A stretch of 64,000 nucleotides of DNA from Antedon mediterranea (Eukaryota > Animalia > Echinodermata), in contig NC_092673.1 in the NCBI RefSeq assembly GCF_964355755.1, positions 12,930,948 through 12,994,947 of the forward strand. Direction: 5' to 3'. The notes below the pieces were generated by a model that saw only the letters and a list, made by a program, of their open reading frames with translations, made no database searches and had not been told where the DNA came from. This document shows positions 40,657 through 54,678 of the stretch, in pieces (within the stretch, counting starts at the first letter, position 1; each line of letters opens with the position of its first letter). Both the position numbers and the translations under genes were made by a program.

Positions 40657-41499
40657 CCTCGGGCCGGATTCAAAATAGTACAGATTGACCAAGTATGGTC
40701 CTGGCATTCCATAAATATGCAGTCCTTCGTTTAAGTAAAAAGCAGGAGAGCACTAAATTGCTCTCCTCGAATTTCCGAGGAGAGCAATTGCTCTCCTAAT
40801 AAAAAATTCTGGGGCTTTCGAAGAAAATACATCAAAAAGGTGTTTTGAGAATGTTTGCATAATGGAAAAAAAACAACTTTTACTACAAAGCTATAGTCTT
40901 CAAACATATTTTTTTATTTATGTTTATTTTTTTACATTTATTTTATTAAAACAAAGTAAAAAACAGTTATTAATATAACGGTACAGTTACTATACAATCA
41001 ACCAGCGCAGACTTGGCCCTTTAATACAGTGTAGTGCCTATTGACAATTCAAAAATGTAATGCACAGTACCAGGGTTTAAGCTGGCAACATAAAATGGTT
41101 AGCAATTTGGCTAATTGGATATGAAAATGATTAGCCAAATTTTAATTTGATTAGCCAAACCAAAATTAACAAAAACTTTATTACTGCTGTCATTAGTCTG
41201 TTAAATGTTTACATCATTGATTCATTACTAATACTATAGTAACTATACATGTCTCAAAGCACGGCGTGCCTTTTTGGAGCTCCAGATTGCAAATGCCTCT
41301 TCAAAGTCAAAAGTGCGCCTGTCACCCCCATTGATTGAAATCATCATTACATTGCTCAGATGAGGGATTGTCATTCTGTTGCTCAAGGATGTCTTGGTTA
41401 AATTCATAACATAAAAACCCCGCTCACAATCAACAGTTGCCATCGGAAGTGAAAGGATAAATTCATACAAAGACACCATGAGGGGATAGAGATCGTTTA

Positions 41500-44400
41500 G
41501 GCGTCATGTCAAAATGTTTAAAAACGATGACTATGCGTGAAACGCGTATTCTTTTGTTCTTTAAACTTGACCGTACTTCCAATTGTGAAACAACGTGAAA
41601 AACGCTAATATGCACAGCTCAATATTAGTCCCGCCCCCACTGCATGCTTGACTAAATATTTGCATAAACGCGTTAAACATAACAATAATAAATCGTTTTT
41701 TTCGTTACACGCGTATATTTCGTTTAAAAAAACAAAAAACTAAATCGTAAAAGTAAGTTGGTACGTTGTCAATCGATCGCCGCTAGGCCGTACATACGCT
41801 GAACCTAGGTACGTAGTAGCCTAGGTCCAACCTATCCTTGATTTAAGGTGCGTTGCGATCTCATAATACATAACAATTATTAAAAAACAATGAAATCGCA
41901 GATAGCCGAATGTGTAATAACTGTAAAATGCAACTGTAATACAAATAAAAATACCTATTTAAAGTTTGCTCAGTAAACAACAAAAGCCGATCACTCTTGG
42001 CAGCCAATCATTCTCGCCGCAGTGCCATTATAGTGCGATGTTGATAGGTGGAGTATTGAGTCGTTTTTATGATTGATACTCCACTGCCCACGTTTTTATA
42101 CTAAAACTACTGTCAAAACTTAACAAAGAAAATGAATTTCTACTGCTACCACAGTTCAATTTCTACTGTTATAACATTTTTTTGTGATGCTTTTGTATAC
42201 AGTCTTTAATAATCCTAATTAATAAATTATCTACGCGTCGATCGTAGGGTGGTGCGTAGGGTTAGTAAACACCATTGTTATCGCCTTTAGAAGCATGGAC
42301 ATTGCAAACAAACAATGTTTTGTTCGCTATTTAAAATCCTATCTAAAGCTAGAAGACGTCAATTTTTGTAGCCGCCCTATGCTGTTAGGTTAACCTAATT
42401 TGGCCGGTCATCCGCCGACGAGACGACATCGGGCCCGTTGGGAAAGGGGCCTTTAGCTCACGCAGAGAGGTTGGGTTAGCGAATTATAACAAAAAAAAGA
42501 CATCTAGGCTAGGACACCAACAAAATATATGCAAAATAAATATATATTCCATGTTAAGATTTAAGATAGGCTTGTTAAATAATCATTACATGCGTAAAGA
42601 AAATGCCCGACTGGAATTTGGATGGAGGCAAGAAAACATGTGACTCTGAGAGGTTGCGGTAAACAGCAAAGAGTATCGTGTTTCATGCCATGTGACCAAA
42701 AAAAAAAACTAGGTCTGTACTTTTAATTACGGTCTTCTGTCGGCAGTCTTTTTGAGGGACCGATTGAACGTTCTGATACTAGATACTGGACTATATTATT
42801 TTTATTTTTCACGCCGCCATTTTTAACATCTTTTTTTTGCCGACGTACTTTTGTTTAAGGGCTGCGTAAAGCCTAACATTTTTCTTGTGCAATGGAAAAC
42901 TGCGCGTGCGAATAGGCCTACGTGAAATGTTTGATTCACACGACTAAATTCGCCTAGTGGAAAACAGGCTTTAAGAATTTCGTTTTCAATGCGAACGTCT
43001 ACGAAAACTGCATTAAACGTGGCGCTTAATGTGTATAGGCTACTTCAGTTTTGTTAAGAAAAATATTTATTTTATTTTTGGATTTAGGGTGGGGAGGACT
43101 ATAACTTCTTTATATTTATCGTGACGATTTTTCAATCATAAAATAAAACGGGACACAATGACTTATAACTAGAGGCCTAATGTATTTTAAAAATATTCCA
43201 TACCGAACGATTTATTCAAATAAAGAACATTTTTCATTAATTATTTTTTCCCAAACAAACTAAAGACAAGATGACAAACCACCAATTGAAATTAAACAAA
43301 ACTATTATTAAACATTTTTAGTATCTATAATAATATATAATTATTTTGGTTTTCTTTCGATTATTATTATTATTATATAGTATGTTAAACTAAATGATCA
43401 GAGCATGATCCTATAGAAATAAATGTTGTTAATTTACAAAGCATTGTTTTGTTGAAGCTTTTGTTATTTATTGATCCATGAATAATATGTGGTGGTTAAA
43501 ATAGGAATTCGTAAAATAGCACAGCTTTTACATTCATACATTACGCATAGCATCATAATATACAAAAAAAATGAACCGATGTTTTTTTCACTTTTAAACA
43601 ATGATTGTACCATCATTGTACTGTTGTACATATTCCTATACAAAAATGAGTAAAGAAAATTATTAACAGAAACTTGACGATGAACTTACTCTATAATAAT
43701 ACCAATAAAGAATCAAAGGTAATAATAATCATTGTGATTTGATTAGGGAGATTTTATATCTCCCTGATTTGAAATACAGAAGGCATGATACAAAAACAGA
43801 GCAACATTTTTTAACTGTATTATATAAACCGTATTTACGTTACTGTATATTTTTGGCAGCGGAAACGGCGCTCCAAAAGATATACCGTATTTTCCCAACC
43901 ACATTTGTGGATAAAATACAGTATTCATAAATTTATACTGTATTTTGAGTACCCTTTTCTGCGCCAATAAAAAAAGACCGTTATTTTAATTTTCTGAGTT
44001 AAAATGTTGAACATTTAATTTTCACAATGTAATAATACTTAATAGTGCACAGGAAGAGACTGTTTATGTAGTTAATTTATGCAAGCATCCACATATTGTT
44101 CATTTGGCTAGTAGTCTTTTGTGTCTATTGTCCTTCTATTCTGCATTATGCTGATTAATTCATTTCTTTGGTTAAGTGAAATGTCAACTTACTATTTTTT
44201 TGTAGACATAGGTTGCATCGTTTAATAATATTATAATTGTTATTTTTTGTAAACAAAATATTGTCCCCTTATAGAATCACAAAAAAAATGTTTTTTTTGC
44301 GATGACGTCATTATACGTTTCACATTCATTTACGCGAATCTCGCGATGTCAGTGTGCTAGACCATTATCTTTCCGGAAGATAACGTCATCACGTCAAAAA

Positions 44401-46206
44401 ATTTGAATGATGTGGGTCACCTATTTTTATCTTTGCAGTATTTTATCAATCAATCAATTTTAATCTGTTATAGCTCCTCCGAATAAAAAGTGATACCCAT
44501 GAATGTGTATACTGTACAATGACCCAAAATATACAGAATTCACCATATAACAACAAAATATTATATTATTCTATAATAATTCTAATAATAATTTTCTGTG
44601 CGCAATATTCTAAAGTAATGACGTGCAAGCAAGTGGATTTTGCTGTGCAGATAACTAAACTCGTCAAAGTAGGCCTAACGAGTTCAAGTCTAGTTTAATT
44701 CGTTTATTTATTTTAAATTGTAATATTATTTTAACTAGTTGGATGGCGATCAGTTGATAAGTAATTTTTTTTTTTAGGGCCAACGTGGCCAATAAGCTTA
44801 AGAATGTCTTTTTAAGGGGTCAAAAAGCTTGCTGAATGCTGCTGGCCTACACCTACCATGTTGTTCGTTTAGGCGACCCACCTAGGCGTATTAAATTAGT
44901 CAACAAAGCAAAGACAGTAGCTTACTATTGTTTTATTCGAATATGCTTTGTTTTATTTATCTTTTAAGAACAATGGTATTTGCATGTGGCTTTTGCTTCG
45001 GAACTGAATATAGTACGTCCATGAGTTGGGAGGTCTAAGTTACAAAAGTTATTCGAAATTACGGATTACATCTCGGGTCCTCCGTGCGTGGAGTATGTTT
45101 TAGTTACCATATGAAGGAATATATATATTTATTGTAAATATTGTATTTATTTTGACCACTTTGACCCTGGGAAAATAAACGGGGAACATTGGTGGATTTT
45201 AGTTTTTTCAATTGTTTTATTATGAATAGCCTATATAGCATAGACCTACCAGTAACATTTCAAGTTTATTTGTTGTTTATTAGGCCTATTACTATTCTAG
45301 CTTTGTTCTCTAAAATATAATAACTACGAAACACCCTACTTATCAAACTCTCATAATGGTCATAACTGAAAAACAACTTCAGTATAGTATAGTATAATTA
45401 AATAAATCTTGTATAAATCTGATTTTCATAAACAGCAGAGCACATGTACACAATATGCATAGGGTGGAAGAACATTTAAAGAAAGAGCCTGTTATTGCTA
45501 GGTATGCCCGTAAAACAAAACAGTCCTTTTGTATCCACGGCAGCAGAGCACGTGTACACAATATGCATAGGGTGGAAGAACGTTTAAGGAAACGGTCCTC
45601 TGCCGATCCTTTGGATCGTCGGAGCACATGGCCAAAACAATGTCGTTTCTTAATATCCGCACGACCATGTGACATTGACTTGACTGAATTAATAATATAA
45701 ATTAATGAAGTATTTTATGATGATAATCATAACACACTTAACATACAAACAATGCATACATTTCAAAGAACTAAAATACTGAATCTTCCTAAACATACAA
45801 AAAAAAAACCGTATAGGCCTACGGTACAGTATAGGCTAAATGAAGCCTACGGGGTTTCCCCATTTATTTTATGTATGTATACGTACACGACAGTATATGT
45901 ATAGAACGGGGAATAGGTCTACATATATCAGCCGATTTCTTTGTTGTCATAGGACCTGACCCTAAAAACGCATTTTTATCGTTGTGTTCGACGTAAAATC
46001 GATTTCAAAATAGTATTACATTGAACCGCGATGTTCGCGTTAATCGCGTCTTTTTACCGACGTAATAGTAGGCGGTCCTAAGCTTTGAATATTTAATGAG
46101 TACAATTAATGAGCTTGATTCAGACGTTTAACGCGTTAAACGGTCAAAGAAATCTGAACCGCGTTTCACGCATAATTATCGTTTTGAAACATTTTGACAT
46201 GACGCC
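41500..46206. mobile_element. Non-coding 4.7-kb PIF/Harbinger-type element with TTA TSD
   Basis: TTA|GGCGTCATGTCAAAATGTTT.AAAACGAT ... ATCGTTTTGAAACATTTTGACATGACGCC|TTA; TIR similarity extends over 50 bp. Confidence 0.9.
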
Positions 46207-46277
46207 TTAGAGATTGGTCATTTAAGAATTTCACCAACTCCTTTAATTTCATGGACTTGCACCTTACAACTAAAATT

Positions 46278-47211
46278 CAGACCTTGATTTATAAATATAA
46301 GAGGAGAGCTCCTAATGGCTCTCCTCAATATGTTGAGGAGAGCCATTATTTTGATTAAGTATTTGAGGCACAGGCCCACCATGGTTGGGCCTGTGGCGAG
46401 CCGAATTTTGATAAATGACCCCTCTAGATGGCCGGAAATGGTACTCTCGCACGTAAAATTCATCGTAGGTCATTGTTCTCTGAACGTAGTCTACGATGTA
46501 TTGTTATGATAATTATCTACGCATCGATCGTGCAGGTCGTTCGTAGCGAATTATAAAAACAACGACACCTAGGCTAGGACACCAACAAAATATATGCAAA
46601 ATAAATATATATTCCATATTAATTAGTACTATAAGATTTAACATAAAGGCGACATGTGTATAAGAAAAGGCCCGACCAGAATTTGGAGGGGAAAACATGT
46701 GAGCAGAGAGAGTATTATGTTTCATGTCATGTGACACAAAATCCAGGTACACGATCTTAATTACTGTTTATCGTCGGCAGCCATACTGAGTTAAAAAAAA
46801 AACATGTGAGATGTTGCGGTAAAGCAGAGAGTCGAGTATCGCGTTTCATGCCATGTGACCAAAAAAACTAGGTCTGTATAATTACGGTCTTCTGACGGCA
46901 GTCTTTTTGAGCTACCGATTGAACGTTCTGATACTATATTTAGAATGAATTGTTTACGATATTTTTCTCGCAACATCAAAGATCGTAGGCGCGCCTAGCC
47001 TATCGGGAGTAGCCATAACAAAGATCGTTTGCGCGACTACCGTGTATATATAGACTGTGTGTTGTATTCGGGGTTAATATTCTTATCATTATATATATTT
47101 TTATGACGCACTGTAACAGGTTGGGGAGCGCTATTTTAGGCGCTCCTTTGATCGTTTTCAGGAGCGCCAAGGAGCGTCAGCGCCATGGCGCTCCTTTTAA
47201 ATCAAGGTCTG
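46278..47211. mobile_element. 934-bp MITE with 6-bp TSD (AAAATT), related to the outer 12-kb element
   Basis: AAAATT|CAGACCTTGATTTA ... TAAATCAAGGTCTG|AAAATT; GGAGAGC/GGAGCGC subterminal palindromes. Confidence 0.9.
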
Positions 47212-49794
47212 AAAATTCGTTTTATTAATTTCCATTCTGCACTTAATTTACTGTGATTACCAAGGCTATCATGGTCCTTGAAATGCTCACACACCTTTAC
47301 AAGATCATCATCCCCATAAGTAGCAAAATTGGCGCTGGTTAAGTCAGGGATACTGGAGGGCAGCAAGAAGATGAATTGAGCAATTTGGTCCATATTCCCT
47401 AACCGTTCCCCAATGTTTTTAATGATATGTGTCATAAATAAGGCAAATATTGATTTACACTCTTTACGCATAGACTCATTATCCCTGACATGATGTCCCT
47501 GATAGTCAAATCCCTCTGGAGTAGCAGTCTTTGGTACTTCATCAAGAAAAGCCATGTACTTGGTACCAGTTTGGGTTTCAGATATTGATTTCAACTCGGC
47601 AAGACAGGCTTCTACTTGACTTAAAACTGTGTTTAGGTTCAAGTCTTGCTTTTGAAATGTCAAGCATAGTTGATTAAGGATGTACAGTACATCGGTTAAA
47701 AAGGCAGAGCATGCTAAAAACTTATAGCTGGTCATAGACTTTAACAGTCCTTGCCCAACTGCACTTTTATCCTGAATTAACAGAGACACAAGAGCAATCC
47801 AGTTACAGTTTAAAGCCTCTAGTGCACCAAAAAATGATAACCAACGTGTATGAAATATTCTTGTCTGCTTGATCTAATACACTCTGCATTGCATGTAGAG
47901 TTCTAGTGCGCTTGCCACTATATTCAAAATATTTAAACGTTTTATTCACTATCTCTTGGAACTAAGCAAGTAGGGAATAGTATCGGCAGCTTGTCCACTA
48001 GCCAAAGCCAGTCGATGGGCTACACAATGGATCGGTATCATGTATGCATTGTGCTGCTTGAATTTAGTAGCAACACCATTTCTGCAGCCAACCATGACAC
48101 TAGCCCCATCACTACCTACACTTGAAACCTTCTTAAAATCTATGTTAAATGTAGTTAACACATTGTACACAGCTGTGTATATGTCATCTGCTGTAGAACC
48201 AGTTAAACTTTGCAATTGCAAAAAATCAGTGGTAAGTTGCCCTTTACAATTACATACAGATTTTAAATATATTATGACACTTTGTGTGACAGAAACATCG
48301 GTGCTTTCATCAATGCATACCGAATACCAACTACTTTCTTTAATTTTGTTTAAAATATTATTTTTTAACAAATTCGCCATAGCATCCTCCATGTCATGTA
48401 CAGCGTCGTAAGACTCATAGTTGGTATGTTTATCCACTTCCAAGTCTCTCAGGTTGTCACCACCAAGATCACAACACAACTGTTTCAATGATTTTATTTT
48501 TCTGAAAATAAATAAAAATACAGAGTATTATAACCATTGAATAAAGATATATTATTGTTTATATTATATTCTAGTAAATCCATGTGTAATAATTAAATTA
48601 CATTTTTTGTATGATGACATTTTAACTATTTATTATATAATTAGTTAAAAGGTTATCATACAAAAAATGTAATATATTATACACAGATTTACTAACTAGA
48701 AGAATTTTTTTTATTAATAATAATCAATGAATTAAAAATACAAAATGAAATCACAAGCTCATCTAGTATACTAGTAAGTTTAGCCTTATATTATATATTA
48801 TATAACACTTACCTGGTAGCAATGTTTTCTTTGCACTGAAGAAAGTAGACAATGTTCATAACCGCTTTCACTGCAGTTGCAGCTTTGGTGTTGGCACTCA
48901 CAACTGCTGACTTCCAGCTCTTTGTAGGCTCCTCCGAGACGAATGCAATCTGAGCATATTTGTGATTTTCAATCTTTTCATGCTTGTTAAGAACATCAGC
49001 TTTGGTCACACAGACCCCTTAAGAAAATAATACAGTATTTATTATTTTATTAATATTAAAAAACTTTAGTAGTCCTAGGCTAGGCTAGGGCTACTAAAAC
49101 ATGTGTGAGTGTGTACTGGCCTAGCTAGCTAGGCCTATCCTATAAAATATATTTATTTCAATAATTAATACTAGGCTAGGCCTAGCCTAACGAAAAAAGC
49201 CTTGTGTTGTACAATTTTCACAAGTCCCATTTTTAAAAATACAACATTTAAACCAACCTTTAGTGAATGTGTTGACACGTTTGGTGTCCGAACACCATTT
49301 ACAGAAACATAACTGCTCACCATCACCGGAATACTCCACCCTGAGCCATTGGTATTTGGATAACCATTTCCCCATGAGCTCCCTGCTGGCGTTAGTATTT
49401 CTCGTGGCCTCATATGCAGGCTTCCATTTCTTATTATTATTAGGAGGCCTAGCATTCTGACTCGATTCTGGACGGATCAGACACTTATCCATAATTATAA
49501 TTAATGCCGCAGAAAAAAGGTAAAAAAAAAACACCACCAAGGCGCGCCAACCTTGATAGCCGATCACAGAGAGAGAGAAGCAAAGTTTTAAGAACAAACA
49601 AACAAACTTTGTCATGTTGGCGGCGCTGTTTATAAACAACTGCAGAGAGCATGCACAGCAAGAAGCACGGCGAACCTGTTTCAGTACTGATCGAGACGCG
49701 ATCTCTGCCCGCGAGACATGAGAAGCTAGCGGCTTTGCAATGATAGGCTAGGTTTGTGCCAATTGAGCATTAGCTATTTGGCGAATTGCAGCCA

Positions 49795-51880
49795 ATGTTT
49801 TTTCTCGGAATTACAATTCTACTACCATTCATGATTAATCTTCCATAAATCCATAAATCGTTTTTAGCACTTTTGAACCATGGATCATTACAATTTGACC
49901 AATCTCCAGAAATAATAAGGTTCTCAATATTATTCAAAATTGGATCTTTCGCGGTTTCCCTTTCAATTTCACGAGCCGTCATAGCATTAGGTAGAGCATC
50001 TATTATCGCACTATAGGCAAAATCATTAGAAATTGAACTATCAAGTTTATCTACAACATGATCTTCGGAAATTGGCAATCTACTTAGAACGTCCTCATAA
50101 TTTTCAGAGCCTTTTATATATTCAATTGAAAAGGAAAATTGTTCTAAAAACAACAGCCATCGCTCAATTTGAGCTGAAGGTGGTCTAGAATTTGGCTTTA
50201 ACACGGATAATAACAGTTTATGGTCGGTTTGTACTACAAATTTAATTCCAATTAGATAAAGCTGCAATTTCTCACAAGCCCACTTTATACCCAAGGTTTC
50301 TCTTTCAAACTGGGAATATTTACTTTCAGTGTCATTTAATTTTCTACTTATGAAATAAACTGGTTTCCAATCATTGCCATGGCGTTGCTCTAAAACGGCA
50401 CCCAACCCAAAAGGAGACGCGTCAGTCGTAATTCTTGTAGGAGCATCCCTTTTAAAATAAGATACTACTGGAGCAGAAGCGATTTTAGATTTTAATTCAG
50501 AAAATGCCAAATCATGGTTTTTATTCCACACCCATTCCCATAATGGGGCAGCAGTACTAGAAAAACCAATTATGAATTTAGAACAAAATTGTGCCAAACC
50601 AAGAAAACTCCTTAATTCAGATTTGGTACTTGGTCTAGGAGCTTCTACCACTACCGCTTTTACTTTCCCATCCGATACTTTAATTCCATCTTTAGTTAAG
50701 ATATCGCCCATAAATTCCATATGATCAATCCCAACTACACACTTTTCATAATTAAGAGTTACACCACGACCGTTGAAACGCTTAATGATATTTTCTACCC
50801 GCTGGGATAATTCATTTAAATCTGAAGCATGAACGCGAATATCATCATGTATGTTACATGCACCTGGACAACCCTTAATTATTTGGGAAACAATTTGGAT
50901 GGATGCAATTCTACTTGATGAAATGCCATATTCATATCTAATTTAGCAAACACCTTCGCACCCGAAATTTCCTGCAAAGTTTCTTCTACTTTGGGAATTG
51001 GATGTCGTTCACGTAAAATTGCACGATTTGCTTGGCGCATGTCCACACAGAGACGTATATCACCATTTGGCTTACTAACAATTACTAAAGGATTTAACCA
51101 GGATGTTGGACCCTCCACTTTTTCGATCACATCTAGCGCTTCCAATTCATTTAGCTTCTTTTCGACATTCGCACGCTTGCTGAACGGAATGCGACGCATA
51201 GGCTGTACCACTGGATGTACATCAGAATCAATATGCAATTTAAGTTGGTAATCTTTAATCTTGCCCAAACCATTAAACACTGCTGGATATTTCGGTTTTG
51301 AATTGAAAAGAATACATTTATATTATTAACATTAACACCAATTCTCAATACACCTAAACTTTCACATGTTTTTCGACCCAACAGTGTAGCATGACTCCCT
51401 GGAACTATAATAAAGTCAACAAACTCCCGTTTTTCAGAATTTAATATTTCTACCCTTAAAGAACATTTGCCCAAATTTGTAAGGGGTTTATTTATGGCAT
51501 AGGGATAGATCTTATTTTCACAATTTCTCAATTTCACATCAGTCGTTATAGATTTAAATGTATCAAAAGACATAATATTTAATGACGCCCCGGAATCTAT
51601 TATAACATTCTCAACCAATTTATCATTTATCTTAAATGAAGGATCACGATCCATGGGTTCTTTAAAGTTATACCAAACGCAAAGTAATCATCAGTAACAT
51701 TAATTGTGTGATTGATAACCTCATTTTCATTATTATTATTATTATTTCAATTTCTTGCCGCTTTTCTTATTATTTTTTTTGTACGGCAACAAACTTCAAA
51801 ATGCCCACTATAATTACATAATTTACAAATGTGGTTTTTCGATTTAGTACAGTTTCTTGCGAAATGGCCTTTTAAATTTT
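49795..51880 (-). mobile_element. Ty3/Gypsy gag-pol fragment (zinc knuckles, protease, RT, RNase H); no integrase or LTRs seen
   Basis: GHFARNC..CKLCNYSGHFEVCC, IIDSGAS, RLCVDMR, IHDD, TTDASPFGLGAVL, YSQFERE, QTDHK; frameshifts and an internal RT deletion near 50880. Confidence 0.92.
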
Positions 51881-52738
51881 TGTGAAAAAACAAACAAAAA
51901 CATCTGACATGTTCGCCAGATAAGACAATTCTTTGAATAGACACAGGTGTTACTTCAGAATGTTTTTAAAACGAAGAAAAACAACATATTTTTAACAGTT
52001 ATTTATTTGAAACGAAAATGTTTTTTATAATACTGCATTTAATTGTGTTACTTAGCATATTTATATACAAAACATACATACAAACAACACAACCAGCGCA
52101 GTGTTAGCGTAAACATAAAACAAAATTGATTATCGGGAAAAAAAACACTGTTGCACGTGAAAGTGCATGATGTTGTATATTAAAAATCATGAATTGTTAA
52201 TGTTTGGAATTAGAACAAATCTATCTAGAAAATATTTAAGAACTAATAGCATCCGTTATCCCGTTTACAGTCAGTCACAACAGAGATTGGTGGTGGTACG
52301 ACTGCGCAGAGCCACGAGACCTTTGTACACACAGTGGCTCTATCGCACCACGTGATTTTTTTCTCTCGGTTTCTTTGCTCTCTATGCATCAATGATCTCG
52401 TTGGGTTTCTCACGCCTACACACCCATGTCGTGTGTGCATGATGATGTTGAGTTTAACACAGTCGGTCTTATTTTAAGCGAAGCCGAGACCATGTTAAAT
52501 AATAGGTCTGGCAAACAAACCGCATGTTTTGTTGTTGGTGCTCTATGATTTAACAAAAGTTATAAATGAGTTTTGTATGTTGACTTCGTTTGCGTGTTAT
52601 TATTGTACAGGCGGCGCGAAACGTAGGTTGTTTTTTTATTTTATAATGTCCATGATTTAATAAGGAGCGCGATTAGTTGCTCTCCTTAAATCTTGTTAAG
52701 GAGCGCTCGCGCTCCTTAAAAACGAAGGACTGAATATG

Positions 52739-53556
52739 CCGCTTGCCCCGGCCCATTGCGGGCAAGTACGTAATTTAAAGCAATGTCAAGTGCGTATTTT
52801 TAGCATTAATTTAGTCAAAAAACACAACTTTTCAATTAGAAATATGACCACACCCGACGCCTCGGGCCGGATTCAAAATAGTACAGATTGACCAAGTATG
52901 GTCCTGGCATTCCAGAAATGTGCCACTTGCCCTGGCCCAATGCGGGCAAGTACGTATTTTAAAGCAATTTTAAGTGCGTATTTTTAGCATTAATTTAGTA
53001 AAAAAACACCACTTTTAAATTGGCAATATGACCACACCCAGCGCCTCGGGCGGGTTTCACAATAGTATAGATTGACATAGCATGGTCCTGTTATTCCAGA
53101 AATGTGTCCCTTTCCCCGGCCCAGTGCGGGCAAGTACGTCTTTTAAAGCAATTTAAAATGCGTATTTTTCGTGTTTTTTACTAAATATTAATAGCACCAC
53201 TTTCAAAGTGGCAATATGACCACACCCCAACACCTCGGGCCGGGTTCACAATAGTAGAGATAGACATAGTATGGTCCTGGCATTCCAGAAATGTGTCACT
53301 TGCCCCGGCCAAGTGCGGGCAAGTACGTATTTTAAAGCAAGTTAAAATGAGTATTTTTAGTGTTTTTTAGTAAAAAAATACCACTTTTAAATTGGCAATA
53401 TGACCACACCCCGACGCTTCGTTGACGTAGTGCGGGCAAGTAGTGTTTTAAAGCAATTTAAAATACGTATTTTTAATGTTATTTTAGATTTTTACTACCT
53501 ATTAATAGCACCACTTCTACCACACCCGACGCCTCGGAGGCCGGGTTTACAATAGT
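52739..53556 (+). repeat. About 185-bp satellite (4-5 units; first unit begins at 40657)
   Basis: CCTCGGGCCGG..CAATAGTA..ATGGTCCTGGCATTCCAGAAATGTG..GCGGGCAAGTACG recurs at ~52860, 53044 and 53233. Confidence 0.9.
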
Positions 53557-54678
53557 AAAGGTATTAAATGTAAATTTATGTGGTAGTTCAAGATCAGTCG
53601 GACACAATCATATGAAGGCATGATTTCCATCAGTATTTCATTTATTCACATTCATATTCACAGGCATTTATCACATAAACTACAATCCGCCACAATCGGA
53701 TTCACATTCATATTCACTGGCATTTATCACATATAAACTACAGTCAGCCACAATCGGCCATCTCTTGGAAAAAAAACCCCTATAAATACAACAAACAAAC
53801 ATACATAATAATCCACATTTGAACAATTACTAACCATTATTATACTCATTACGTTATCTTTAGTACAATACATACACATCGCATAAGTGTTACATTATTA
53901 TCAATTATATATAACAAGTGATAACCACATCTATACCTGGATTAAACGATGTATTGTTAATTTTGGAATGGTGCATACACACCTTTACTAAACCTTCATC
54001 TCCATTCAGCCCAATCTATTAATAAACATGTAAACCAGATTCTTAACATAATACTATTCACAACTACATACGACCACTATATTGGTCGCCATATTGGAAT
54101 CCAAACTCGCACACTGTGTATCGGCGAGTCATTCCACCATCAATTACAATTACATATATGAGCATAAATAACACGTTTAATACAATACTAATATTCATTA
54201 CCGTGACTAAAAACAACAATTGATTCAATGATTCATATCTTAATCTATGATATGGTATTACAACGTACCTGAAAACGAATAACTGACAATTTAAATGGTA
54301 TAGTAACTGCCTCTACTCAGCCACGATGGATATGCACAACCTGTACCCACGTGCGGGCCACTATATATACTCCGGTCTAAATTATTCTACTGCGCATGTC
54401 CGTCACCCCTGAATGGTTACAGTATAGATCTCCCTATCGGTACTTCCGGTTTCCCACATTTAAAATCAACATAAATAAGATATATCGTAATAACTGACTT
54501 ATAGGTAAGTATTATTTTTTACCCATAGAACTTACTATTACTAACTACCTTTACAGTTGTCTGAGACTATGAGAGAAGGTATATCCTGTTACATGTTATT
54601 TCTAAAAAAAGAACCAGTAAATATATTATTTAATACAGTACAGTTTACGTACGTCAATGGAATGTTTTAAATGTAACA

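Larger units (their letters stand above)
41243..49492 (-). pseudogene. hAT transposase (ZNF862/DUF4371-like with C-terminal hAT dimerisation domain), spliced and split by two insertions
   Basis: Exons 49492-49258, 49017-48813, then 48501-47212 + 46271-46207 + 41496-41243. Motifs: W..KYQWL..FCKWC, IDESTDVS, GSDGASVMVG, HCVAHRLAL, TRWLS, TVDCERGF. Frameshifts near 47860-47960. A CAGGGTTT terminus lies at 41071. Confidence 0.9.
40720..52732. mobile_element. 12-kb composite TIR element with 6-bp TSD (AATATG), inserted in the ~185-bp satellite
   Basis: AATATG|CAGTCCTTCGTTT ... AAACGAAGGACTG|AATATG; GGAGAGC/GCTCTCC subterminal palindromes; joining the flanks restores one satellite unit. Confidence 0.9.

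Noticed and set aside
41071-49795. hAT transposase as the autonomous enzyme of the 6-bp-TSD outer element
   Set aside because: Not established. The gene has its own CAGGGTTT terminus and different TTAGC(C/A)A/TTGGCTAA subterminal motifs, so it is more likely a separate nested hAT.
53569-54593. Solo LTR (TGT...ACA, minus-strand AATAAA), possibly belonging to the Gypsy fragment
   Set aside because: No matching TSD, no second copy, and it lies outside the element that contains the Gypsy fragment; left unannotated.
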